A stretch of DNA of 64,000 nt, from assembly GCA_963931085.1 (NCBI GenBank), contig OZ006973.1, positions 670,812 to 734,811 on the forward strand. The letters are read 5' to 3'. Every line of letters starts with the position of its first letter. Position 1 is the stretch's first letter. The translations under genes were made by a program, and so were the position numbers. This DNA is from an uncultured Clostridia bacterium (GTDB taxonomy: Bacteria > Bacillota > Clostridia > TANB77 > CAG-508). Under the pieces are notes generated by a model. The model had not been told where the DNA came from, searched no databases, and saw only the letters and a program-made list of their open reading frames with translations. Below are positions 52,268 through 61,284 of the stretch, one piece after another.

Positions 52268-53560
52268 ATGAAAATTTTAATGCTTTCATGGGAATATCCA
52301 CCAAGAATAGTCGGAGGAATATCAATGGTTGTACATGATTTATCTCATAGACTAATAAGTGATGGACATGAAGTTACTGTAATTACATATAGAGATGGAG
52401 ATGCACCATATTATGAAAATGATAAAGGAGTAGAAGTATATAGAGTTGATAATTATATGATTCATCCTAATAATTTCATAGATTGGGTGCTTCAACTTAA
52501 TTTTAATATGATTTCTAAAGCTACAGAAGTTATAAATAAAAAAGGAAAATTTGATATAATTCACGCACATGATTGGCTTGTAGCATATGCTGCTAAGACT
52601 TTGAAAAACTCTTTTGATATACCAATTACTGCAACTATACATGCAACTGAATCTGGCAGAAATAGTGGAATTCACGATGATATGCAAAGATATATAAATG
52701 ATACTGAATGGATGCTTACATATGAAGCTACTGAAGTAATTGTAAATAGCAATTTCATGAAATGCGAACTACAAAGATTATTTGGACTTCCTTTCGAAAA
52801 AATTGATGTAATACCAAATGGTATATCACAGACAATATACAATGGTGTAGAAAAAGAATATGAATTTAGAAGAAGATTTGCAAGAGATAATGAAAAGATA
52901 ATATTATTTACAGGAAGATTAGTATATGAAAAAGGAATCCAAAATTTAATTGCAGCAATGCCTAAAATATTAAATGGATATAATGATTCTAAGTTAATTA
53001 TATGTGGAAAAGGCGGTATGCTTGATGAACTTCGTGAGCAAGTAAATTACTTAGGAATAAATAATAAAGTTTACTTTACAGGACAGATGAATAGAAAAGA
53101 TTTGTGCAAAATGTATAAATGTGCAGATATAGCTGTATTTCCTAGTACTTATGAACCATTTGGTGTAGTAGCAATAGAAGCTATGTCAGCAGGAATCCCA
53201 ATAGTTGTTTCTGATGTTGGGGGGCTAAATGAAATAGTAGAACATGGTGTAAATGGAATGAAAAGTTATGCTGGAAATTCTAATTCATTGGCAGATTCAA
53301 TATTAAGTTTATTATATAATCCAGATCTTTGTGAAAGAATTGTAAAAAATGCAAAACAAAAAGTAAAAGAAGTATATAATTGGCAAAAGATTGCACAAGA
53401 TACTCACTTTACTTATCAAAAGGCAATATGTCAAACAATGGCAGAAAGACAAGCACATCAAATTGCACAAGATACAGCAAAGAAAACAAAGAAAGCAAAA
53501 AATACAGAAGGAGAAATTTCAAATTTACTTGGTTTCAAAAAGAGACAAGCTTATGCTTAA
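52268..53560 (+). CDS. glycosyltransferase family 4 (glycogen-synthase-like GT-B)
   Basis: N-terminus MKILMLSWEYPPRIVGGI and a GT-B C-terminal motif (FPSTYEPFGVVAIEAMSAGIPIVVSDVGG). Confidence 0.85.
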   Translation: MKILMLSWEYPPRIVGGISMVVHDLSHRLISDGHEVTVITYRDGDAPYYENDKGVEVYRVDNYMIHPNNFIDWVLQLNFNMISKATEVINKKGKFDIIHAHDWLVAYAAKTLKNSFDIPITATIHATESGRNSGIHDDMQRYINDTEWMLTYEATEVIVNSNFMKCELQRLFGLPFEKIDVIPNGISQTIYNGVEKEYEFRRRFARDNEKIILFTGRLVYEKGIQNLIAAMPKILNGYNDSKLIICGKGGMLDELREQVNYLGINNKVYFTGQMNRKDLCKMYKCADIAVFPSTYEPFGVVAIEAMSAGIPIVVSDVGGLNEIVEHGVNGMKSYAGNSNSLADSILSLLYNPDLCERIVKNAKQKVKEVYNWQKIAQDTHFTYQKAICQTMAERQAHQIAQDTAKKTKKAKNTEGEISNLLGFKKRQAYA

Positions 53561-53586
53561 TTTGTCAAAATATAATATATAATAAA

Positions 53587-53651
53587 GAGAGATACTTTTT
53601 CGAAGTGAACAAAATCTTAATTTATTTTGCTTCAATTTAGTATCTCTTTTA
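53587..53651. repeat. about 64-bp structured direct repeat, copy 1 (long imperfect hairpin)
   Basis: 62/63 identical to copy 2 at 54358..54420. Confidence 0.9.
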
Positions 53652-53841
53652 TTATTTTTAAAAAATTTTAATATAAATTAAGAATAAATCAGTTTTAATG
53701 ACCATACTATAGTAATTTATAAAATATTATGTTATACTAAAATAGTAATAAATATTGAATTTTTAAAAACAGTGATTAAAGAAGTTATATATGAATATGT
53801 TTTAATAATTATGAAAAAATAAAAATAGGAGGGTTATAAAG

Positions 53842-54117
53842 ATGATGTATCCTTATTGTAAATATGCAGATGAAACAGAAGTAGTCTTTTCGCATATTAT
53901 GAAAAATGAAAATGGAGAAGAGATTATACATGTGCATTTTGAAAGACCAACAGATAATGGATTTGATAGCGTTAGATTTGAACTTCCAAGTTGTAGAATA
54001 CTATATAAAGATGGAAATTATACTGATGAAGAGATTGAAACCTTTAAAACGATCGTAGAAAGGGGATTACCTTCTTTTTATAGATGGGCAAGACAAGGAG
54101 GGATTCTTAGTGCCTAA
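53842..54117 (+). CDS. small hypothetical protein (91 aa)
   Basis: ORF with a ribosome-binding site (AGGAGGG). Lies between the two 64-bp repeats. Confidence 0.5.
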   Translation: MMYPYCKYADETEVVFSHIMKNENGEEIIHVHFERPTDNGFDSVRFELPSCRILYKDGNYTDEEIETFKTIVERGLPSFYRWARQGGILSA

Positions 54118-54140
54118 TATTTTAGAAATTTTACTGATAT

Positions 54141-54310
54141 AAAATTTATTTTTGGTCAAATGAGAATAATGAACCAATACACATACATATTTCGAAAGGA
54201 AAACCTACTAAAAATTCAACAAAAGTATGGTTAACTAAAAGTGGAGGATGATAATTATTTTTATATAATTTCAGAATGGAAAAAGCATTTTCCAGATGAA
54301 GAAGTAAAAT
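54141..54310 (+). pseudogene. degraded DUF4160-like small gene (no start codon, internal frameshift)
   Basis: KIYFWSNENNEPIHIHISKGKPTKNSTKVWLTKSGG, then a shifted ...SEWKKHFPDEEVKFYC tail. Family assignment is from memory. Confidence 0.4.
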
Positions 54311-54357
54311 TTTATTGTTAATAAATAAAATACAATAGTAATATTATTGAGTATTAT

Positions 54358-54420
54358 GAGATACTTTTTTGAAGTGAACAAAATCTTAATTTATTTTGCT
54401 TCAATTTAGTATCTCTTTTA
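54358..54420. repeat. about 64-bp structured direct repeat, copy 2
   Basis: See copy 1. Confidence 0.9.
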
Positions 54421-54508
54421 TAATTTTCCTTGAAAAATAAAGAAAAATGTGATAAATAATATTACTAGTAAAATAAATAAAAAAAGTTATGTTTGAGGAG
54501 GATTTTTT

Positions 54509-54862
54509 ATGGATACAAAAATGGAAAATGTTAATGTATATGATAGCGTAAATAATCTAGCAGCTACAATAAGAAAAAGTAAAGAATATTTAGAATATAA
54601 ACAGATAAAAGAAAAAGTAATGAAAGATAAAGATGTAAAAGATAAAATTGATGAATTTGAAAAGATAAGATATGAAGAGCAACTTTTAGCAATACAAGGT
54701 GAAAAACAATCTGAAGAAAAAATGAAAAAACTTCAAGAATTATATGCAATTTTAGTTCAAAATCCAGATGTTAAGAATTATTTTGATATTGAAGTAAGAT
54801 TTAATATAATGATAGCAGATGTAAATAGAATAATTGGTGAAGCAATTAAAGATGTTTTATAA
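54509..54862 (+). CDS. YlbF/YmcA-family (RicA/RicF-like) regulatory protein
   Basis: Helical protein of about 117 aa with the family-typical layout (…IDEFEK…KLQELYAIL…NPDVKNYF…). Confidence 0.55.
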   Translation: MDTKMENVNVYDSVNNLAATIRKSKEYLEYKQIKEKVMKDKDVKDKIDEFEKIRYEEQLLAIQGEKQSEEKMKKLQELYAILVQNPDVKNYFDIEVRFNIMIADVNRIIGEAIKDVL

Positions 54863-54996
54863 AAAATATAGATTTATTATTTTTTAATAAGTAAAATAAA
54901 AATAGGCAAAAATACCGTCAAAGTATTGACAATACTAACTTATCTAAATATAATAGTCTAAAATCAAGCAATATTCTAGAAAGGACAAGCTATTTG

Positions 54997-55641
54997 ATGC
55001 AAAACTTATATTTTTCTAACAGTAAATATGACAATATAGAAGACGAAAAATTAATTAAATTAATAAAAGAAAATAACGATACAGATGCATTGAATTATTT
55101 GTTAGACAAATACACAGATTTAGTAAACATGAAAGTTTCTAAATATTTCATAGTGGGTGCAGAAAAAGAAGATATTGTTCAAGAGGGACTTATTGGCTTA
55201 TTTAAAGCTGTAAAAAATTTTGATAAGACAAAGCTTAGCTCTTTTAAGACTTTTGCGAATCTATGTGTAGAAAGACAACTTCAAACTGCGATTAAGTCTT
55301 CAACAAGGCAAAAACATATGCCTCTTAATTCATATTTATCATTAAATACTTCTGCATATGAAGATGATAATGATATGACTGTGATGGAAATGCTTGATTT
55401 AAACACATCAGAAGATCCACTAGATACTATAACAAAAAAAGAATATTATAAATTTGTTGAAAATAGAATAGAGAAAACTTTAAGTGATTTTGAAAAACAA
55501 GTTTTACATAGATATGCAAATGGTGAGTCTTATGTAGAAATTGCAAAAAAATTGAATTCACCTGTAAAATCAGTTGATAATGCAATACAGAGAATAAGAA
55601 AAAAAGCTACAAAAAATATAATGCAAGATGATGATATATAA
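54997..55641 (+). CDS. sigH: RNA polymerase sporulation sigma factor SigH
   Basis: Strong match to the SigH region 2-3 core (EDIVQEGLIGLFKAVKNFD...SFKTFANLCVERQLQTAIKSSTRQKHMPLNSYLSLN). Terminator hairpin at 55648-55668. Confidence 0.8.
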   Translation: MQNLYFSNSKYDNIEDEKLIKLIKENNDTDALNYLLDKYTDLVNMKVSKYFIVGAEKEDIVQEGLIGLFKAVKNFDKTKLSSFKTFANLCVERQLQTAIKSSTRQKHMPLNSYLSLNTSAYEDDNDMTVMEMLDLNTSEDPLDTITKKEYYKFVENRIEKTLSDFEKQVLHRYANGESYVEIAKKLNSPVKSVDNAIQRIRKKATKNIMQDDDI

Positions 55642-55670
55642 AATAATAAGCTATTTTAAATAGCTTATAT

Positions 55671-55746
55671 GCTTCTATAGCTCAGTTGGCAGAGCGCATC
55701 CATGGTAAGGATGAGGTGGCCAGTTCGATCCTGGCTGGAAGCTCCA
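55671..55746 (+). tRNA. tRNA-Thr (anticodon GGT)
   Basis: Manual cloverleaf: 7-bp acceptor stem (one G-U pair), D-arm GCTC/GAGC, anticodon stem CATCC/GGATG with loop ATGGTAA, T-arm GCCAG/CTGGC, and an encoded CCA. Confidence 0.9.
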
Positions 55747-55761
55747 AAGTAAATAAAATAA

Positions 55762-55795
55762 AAGCGGGACGGAAATGTTACTTTCCGTCCCTTTT
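55762..55795. terminator. bidirectional terminator hairpin (GGGACGGAAAGTAACATTTCCGTCCC)
   Basis: GC-rich stem with flanking A/T runs. Confidence 0.6.
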
Positions 55796-55797
55796 GC

Positions 55798-56346
55798 TTA
55801 CTTTAGCTGAAGCTTGAATATCCCGATTCTGTTTTGGTTTATTACGTTTACTGTGCCAATCTTCGTGCCGCGTCCGAGATTTTGAAAACCGCCGGGAAAG
55901 CCCTCTTTTCCCATCCATTCGCCTTTATGCGGAATGTACCGCAAGAAGTGAAACTGTTCGTGTTTTCTGAACATTCCACTTATATAGTTTGAGTAAAAAG
56001 CAATAAGGATAGTTTTCCTATCAAGGATAGAGGGAAGATAGTCTTCACTTGTTTCTTCAGCTTTGATGCCCAGCACATCTAAATCGTTTATCAGAGCTTG
56101 TTTTAGCTCTTTTGCATTATGGTACTGCGTACCTGAAAAACGACCGATGGAACCAAAGTAGGAGCCATTTTCGCAAACCATGCTCTGAAGAGTGTTATCG
56201 TCTACAAGTATTTCTGTTGGGACAGTAGAGCAGACTGCGAACATGTAGCAGTTAAAATGGTTTTTGGGAAGCTTCCGAAAAGGTTGGACCTTTCCCCAGT
56301 TTTTACGGATACTTTCGCGAATCAAATTAAGATAAGCTTCATTCAT
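55798..56346 (-). CDS. hypothetical protein in a GC-enriched (about 43%) islet next to tRNA-Thr
   Basis: ORF with an AGGAGG ribosome-binding site ahead of the Met at 56346. Composition atypical. Confidence 0.55.
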   Translation of the reverse strand: MNEAYLNLIRESIRKNWGKVQPFRKLPKNHFNCYMFAVCSTVPTEILVDDNTLQSMVCENGSYFGSIGRFSGTQYHNAKELKQALINDLDVLGIKAEETSEDYLPSILDRKTILIAFYSNYISGMFRKHEQFHFLRYIPHKGEWMGKEGFPGGFQNLGRGTKIGTVNVINQNRIGIFKLQLK

Positions 56347-56491
56347 GAACATTCCTCCTAGCAATAGTTTAAGAGGAATACACCTCTTAAACCGAAATAC
56401 TTAAAAAAGCTTTGTTTAAAAGGTGTTAAAACCTTCATGTAATTAAATATATTAGCACACTTTACATAAAAAAGCAATATAAAAAAAGAGC

Positions 56492-56512
56492 CCGCGTGGT
56501 GCGGGCATTTGT
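56492..56512. terminator. GC-rich hairpin terminator (GCCCGCGTGGTGCGGGC)
   Basis: Stem with flanking T/A runs on both strands. Confidence 0.55.
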
Positions 56513-56514
56513 TT

Positions 56515-56877
56515 TTATGCAACATAAGAGAGAACTACATATTTTGAATAATATACTGTAGAAATTATGAGCCTTCCAAGAGCTGGTACTGTTATATAAC
56601 AAAATGTGAACATTGGTGAATCATATGTTGCATTTTCGTATTCAGCTTGCTCTTGCTCTTTTTTAGTTTCATATTTGCAAATTTTAAGTTTGTATGAAGA
56701 ATAAGTGGCTTTGTCCATTGATGATGTTTTTATTTTTTTAAATTCTCCATATATCTTGTTTGCAAGGTTATTAATTGTTTCATCAGATATTTTTTCACCA
56801 AACTCTCTTTTAAGTTGCATTCTTATTTCCCGTTTTGATGGGGAAATATCCAAAAAGTATTTAAGTGTTTTAAGCAT
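56515..56877 (-). CDS. hypothetical protein (moderately GC-enriched)
   Basis: ORF with a GGAGGA ribosome-binding site ahead of the Met at 56877. The track ORF extends to 56919. Confidence 0.45.
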   Translation of the reverse strand: MLKTLKYFLDISPSKREIRMQLKREFGEKISDETINNLANKIYGEFKKIKTSSMDKATYSSYKLKICKYETKKEQEQAEYENATYDSPMFTFCYITVPALGRLIISTVYYSKYVVLSYVA

Positions 56878-57162
56878 ATGCTTTTCCTCCATGAAAGAAC
56901 ATGTAAGGTGCATTTTCACTATGCACCTTACAAAATTATTTTGTTATAAGTGCATAATGAAAAAATAATGTATGCTTTTAATATTATAACGTGGTATACA
57001 TAATGTAGTAAAGTAAAATTTATATAAAGTAATTTTATATAAAGCAAATTTATTAAATAAATATTTATCTAATATAAAAAATTATCTATAAATATTTTTA
57101 AGCGTATGGTATACTTAAAGTGATGTGAAAATATTAAATTTAAAAATAAGAGGAGAAAAAGT

Positions 57163-57450
57163 ATGATAAAACATATAGTAATGTGGAAATTTAAAGAAAA
57201 TACAGAAAAAGAAAGAGAAGAATTTTTAGAAAGATTACTTGCATTAAATGGAGTAATCCCTGAATTAAAGGATGCAAAAATAAAAAGAAATGTAAATTTA
57301 AATGGAGAAAATTATGATGCGATGCTTATTTCTACATTTGATACTTTAGATAATATGGAAAAATACAAGATAGATCCAAGACATGTAGAAGTATCTAATC
57401 TATGTAAATCAATTAGGATTTCAAGAGCTTCTATAGATTATGAAGAATAA
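57163..57450 (+). CDS. Dabb-family stress-responsive alpha/beta-barrel protein
   Basis: About 95 aa with an MIKHIVMWKFKE N-terminus. Confidence 0.65.
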   Translation: MIKHIVMWKFKENTEKEREEFLERLLALNGVIPELKDAKIKRNVNLNGENYDAMLISTFDTLDNMEKYKIDPRHVEVSNLCKSIRISRASIDYEE

Positions 57451-57572
57451 ATAATTACAATATTTTGATATTTACTTTTGTGCAAAATATAGTATAATAT
57501 ATAAGAATTTTATATTAATTGATAAGCATTATAGATGTATTAAAATATGCAAAAAGAAAGGATATGAATAAA

Positions 57573-58664
57573 ATGAAAATAGGAATTGTAGGACTTCCTA
57601 ATGTAGGAAAAAGTACAATGTTTAATAGTATAACAAATGCAGGAGCAGAATGTGCAAATTATCCATTTTGTACAATAGAGCCAAATGTAGGTGTAGTAGC
57701 AGTACCAGATGAAAGATTAGATAAATTAACTGAAATGTACCATCCACAAAAAACAACACCTGCTGTAATTGAATTTGTTGATATTGCAGGATTAGTAAAA
57801 GGTGCAAGCAAAGGTGAAGGTTTAGGAAATAAGTTTTTATCTCATATAAGAGAAGTAGATAGTATTGTAGAAGTTGTAAGATGTTTTGAAGATCCAAATA
57901 TAGTTCATGTTGATGGAAGTATAGATCCTATAAGAGATATAGAAACAATTAATCTAGAACTTGTATTTGCTGATATGGAAACAGTTGATAAAAGATTAGA
58001 TAGGGCAAAAAAGAATTTAAAAGGTGATAAAAAATACCAAGCAGAGATAGATGTATTAGAAAAAGTAAAAAAAGTTTTAGAAGAAGGAAAACCAGCTAGA
58101 GTATTAGATTTGACAGAGGATGAAAAAGAATTAATTAAAGAAGCATTTTTACTTACAATGAAACCAATACTTTATATTGCAAATGTTTCTGAAAATGATT
58201 TAGAAAATCCAGATGAGAATGAGTATGTTAAAAAAGTAAGAGATTATGCAAAAATAGAAAATGCAGAAGTAATTCCTTTATGTGTAAAACTTGAAGAAGA
58301 ATTATCAGTATTAGATAAAGAAGATAAAAAAGAAATGCTTAAAGAGCTAGGATTTTCTGAATCTGGTCTTGATAAAGTAATTAAAGCTAGTTATAAATTA
58401 CTTGGACTTATGTCATTTTTAACAGCAGGAGAGCCAGAAGTTAGAGCATGGACAATAAAGATTGGAACAAAAGCTCCACAAGCTGCAGGAAAAATTCATT
58501 CTGACATTGAAAGAGGATTCATTAGAGCAGAGGTGGTTTCTTTTGATGACTTGATAAAATGCGGAAGTATGGTTCAAGCTAGAGAAAAAGGTTTAGTAAG
58601 ATCAGAAGGAAAAGATTATATAATGCAAGATGGAGATATAGTATTATTTAGATTTAATGTTTAA
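57573..58664 (+). CDS. ychF: ribosome-binding ATPase YchF
   Basis: MKIGIVGLPNVGKSTMFN G1 motif, a TGS-like C-terminus (DGDIVLFRFNV) and 364 aa. Confidence 0.9.
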   Translation: MKIGIVGLPNVGKSTMFNSITNAGAECANYPFCTIEPNVGVVAVPDERLDKLTEMYHPQKTTPAVIEFVDIAGLVKGASKGEGLGNKFLSHIREVDSIVEVVRCFEDPNIVHVDGSIDPIRDIETINLELVFADMETVDKRLDRAKKNLKGDKKYQAEIDVLEKVKKVLEEGKPARVLDLTEDEKELIKEAFLLTMKPILYIANVSENDLENPDENEYVKKVRDYAKIENAEVIPLCVKLEEELSVLDKEDKKEMLKELGFSESGLDKVIKASYKLLGLMSFLTAGEPEVRAWTIKIGTKAPQAAGKIHSDIERGFIRAEVVSFDDLIKCGSMVQAREKGLVRSEGKDYIMQDGDIVLFRFNV

Positions 58665-58678
58665 ATGGAGAAAAACAT

Positions 58679-59761
58679 ATGATAAAAAATGAAAATGGTA
58701 GAGTTATTAATTTAATTCTTAATTTGTTTTTAAAATTATTAATTACTATAGCATTAGTTATTATTGTTGCATTTATTACAATGAAGGTTCTTGGTGTTGA
58801 ATTAAAAGTTAGTTATGAAAACGGAAAATTGAGCCTTCAAAAACAAAAAGAATTTAAAGTTCAAGTAATTGATGATGAATATCCAAATATTGCTGATTAT
58901 CAAGAAGATTCATATTTTTATAATCAATTAGATGATAATGCAAAAGCAATCTATCTTGGAATTCAAGATAATTTAGAAAATATGAAAAGTGGAAATTATA
59001 GAATAGACTTTGGCACTAGATTTAATACATTACTTCAAACTAAAGAAGGTCAAGAGTCATTATCTATTTCTTATCAAGATGCAGTAGATGCTCTAAAGCA
59101 AGATACACCAGGACTTTTTTATATAGATTTTTCAAAAGTATATTTAAATACTTATTCACTAACAGAAGGAAATACAACTACACATACTGTTTTTATAGAT
59201 CAAGGAGATAATCAAAATTATTTTGCAAAAGGATTTAATACAAAATCAGATGTTGTAAGAGCAGTAGCTCAAGTAGAAGAAGTTAGAAATTTAGTAGTAA
59301 GTGCTATTCCTGAAGGAAGTAGCAATTTTGAGAAGATCTTATATGTACATGATTGGCTTGTTGATAATTTAAGTTATGATGAGACTTTATCAAAAGATAA
59401 TAGAAGTAATGTCTTTGGAGCATTAGTCGAAAAAAGTGTTACATGTCAAGGATATGCAAAAGCTTTTAAATATATAATAGATAGCTTATCTGTTCCATGT
59501 ATCTTAGTAAAAGGTGATGCTACAAATTCACAAGGTACAACAGAAAAACATGTATGGAATTATGTACAAATAAATGATGGTTGGTATGCAGTTGACGTTA
59601 CATGGGATGATCCTATTATCATTGGTTCAGGAGAGCTTTCACCAGAAATAAAATATACATATTTTTGCAAGGGAAAGAGTTTTTTAGATAATCATGTAGA
59701 AGAAGGTACTCTTCCAGGAAGTGAAGAATATTTTAAATATCCAGAATTAGTTTCTGACTAA
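58679..59761 (+). CDS. transglutaminase-like cysteine protease superfamily protein, membrane-anchored
   Basis: N-terminal TM. Cys-His-Asp core (VTCQGYAKAF ... KHVWNYV ... WYAVDVTWDD). Confidence 0.7.
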   Translation: MIKNENGRVINLILNLFLKLLITIALVIIVAFITMKVLGVELKVSYENGKLSLQKQKEFKVQVIDDEYPNIADYQEDSYFYNQLDDNAKAIYLGIQDNLENMKSGNYRIDFGTRFNTLLQTKEGQESLSISYQDAVDALKQDTPGLFYIDFSKVYLNTYSLTEGNTTTHTVFIDQGDNQNYFAKGFNTKSDVVRAVAQVEEVRNLVVSAIPEGSSNFEKILYVHDWLVDNLSYDETLSKDNRSNVFGALVEKSVTCQGYAKAFKYIIDSLSVPCILVKGDATNSQGTTEKHVWNYVQINDGWYAVDVTWDDPIIIGSGELSPEIKYTYFCKGKSFLDNHVEEGTLPGSEEYFKYPELVSD

Positions 59762-59970
59762 TAAAAATAAAAAATATAAAACAAAATATTTAAATTATAC
59801 AAACAAAAAAGAGAAGAAAAATATATACCTTAAACAAAAATTTTAAGGTATATATTTTTATGTAATAAAACATTTGATATAAATAGGTTATCTATATTAA
59901 AAACCTTGAAAAATTCCATAAAATATAATAAAATTACAAAAAACAATATAGGAAAAACGGAGAGATTAAA

Positions 59971-61284
59971 GTGAAAAAATATATGATTATGACATTTGGA
60001 TGTCAATTAAATGAAAATGATTCTGAAAAAATAGCAGGAATGGTAGAAAATCTAGGTTATGAGAAAACAGATGATTTAAGTAAATGTGATTTAGTAGTAT
60101 TTAATACTTGTTGTGTCAGAGAAAACGCAGAAGAAAGATTATTTGGAAAAATTGGAGAAATCAAAAAACTTAAAGAAGAAAGAGGCACAATAATTGCTAT
60201 TGGCGGATGTATGATGCAAGAAGAACATATATTAGAAAAAATTAAGAAAAGTTACAAATATATAGATTTAGTATTTGGTACTCATACATTAAATAAATTT
60301 GAAGAAGATTTGAAAAAAATAATTGAAGAAAAAAAGAAAATAAGAGATGTAATAGATATTGATGGTGAAGTAATTGAAGGACTTCCAATTAAGAGAAATG
60401 ATAAATTTAAAGCATCAGTTTCAATTATGTATGGTTGTAATAATTTTTGTTCTTATTGCATAGTTCCTTATGTAAGAGGAAGAGAAAGAAGTAGAAAAAA
60501 AGAAGATATATTAAAAGAAGTTGAATCTTTAGCAAAAGAGGGATATAAAGAGATTACTCTTTTAGGGCAAAATGTTAATTCTTATGATGGTGGAGATGGA
60601 TATAAGTTTTCTAATCTTTTATATGATGTGTGTAAAATAGAAGGTATAGAAAGAATTAGATTTATATCTCCTCATCCAAAAGATTTTACAGATGATGTTA
60701 TAAAAGCAATAAAAGATAATAAAAAAATAAGTAGAATAGTGCATCTTCCACTACAATCTGGAAGTACAAAAGTATTAAAAGAAATGAATAGAAAATATAC
60801 AAAAGAACAATATTTAGCCTTAGCTGAAAAGATGAGAAAAGAGATTCCAGATATTTTATTTTCTACAGATATTATTGTTGGTTTTCCAGGCGAGACAGAA
60901 GAAGATTTTGAGAATACATTAGATGTTGTAAGAAAAATGAATTATGAACAAATTTTTATGTTTATATATTCAAGAAGAGTAGGAACTGTAGCAGATAAGA
61001 TGGAAAATCAAATCCCAGAAGAGATAAAACACAAAAGGTTTGAAAGACTAAAAAAACTTTATGATGAGAATGTTTCAAAAAATAATGAGAAGTTTATAGG
61101 AAAAGTAGAAAAAATTTTAGTAGATGGAGAAAGTAAGAATAATGAAAATATGTTTACAGGAAGAAATGATGCAAATAAAGTAATTATTTTTGAAGGAAGC
61201 AAAGATTTGATAGGTAAAATGATTAATGTAAAAATTACAGAAGAACATAAATGGTATTTAAAGGGAGAAGTTGAAGGAAAATAA
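59971..61284 (+). CDS. miaB: tRNA-i6A37 methylthiotransferase
   Basis: UPF0004 N-domain (TFGCQLNENDSE), radical SAM CSYCIVPYVRG and a TRAM domain. Confidence 0.9.
   Translation: MKKYMIMTFGCQLNENDSEKIAGMVENLGYEKTDDLSKCDLVVFNTCCVRENAEERLFGKIGEIKKLKEERGTIIAIGGCMMQEEHILEKIKKSYKYIDLVFGTHTLNKFEEDLKKIIEEKKKIRDVIDIDGEVIEGLPIKRNDKFKASVSIMYGCNNFCSYCIVPYVRGRERSRKKEDILKEVESLAKEGYKEITLLGQNVNSYDGGDGYKFSNLLYDVCKIEGIERIRFISPHPKDFTDDVIKAIKDNKKISRIVHLPLQSGSTKVLKEMNRKYTKEQYLALAEKMRKEIPDILFSTDIIVGFPGETEEDFENTLDVVRKMNYEQIFMFIYSRRVGTVADKMENQIPEEIKHKRFERLKKLYDENVSKNNEKFIGKVEKILVDGESKNNENMFTGRNDANKVIIFEGSKDLIGKMINVKITEEHKWYLKGEVEGK

Noticed and set aside
53380-53640. Basic 63/86-aa ORFs overlapping the 3' end of the GT4 gene
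   Set aside because: Alternative-frame translations of the Lys-rich C-terminal codons of the GT4 gene. There is no independent support.
55671-57000. Integrase or prophage at tRNA-Thr
   Set aside because: No recombinase-like ORF or att duplication was found. Only two small hypothetical genes are present, so I call it an islet, not a prophage.
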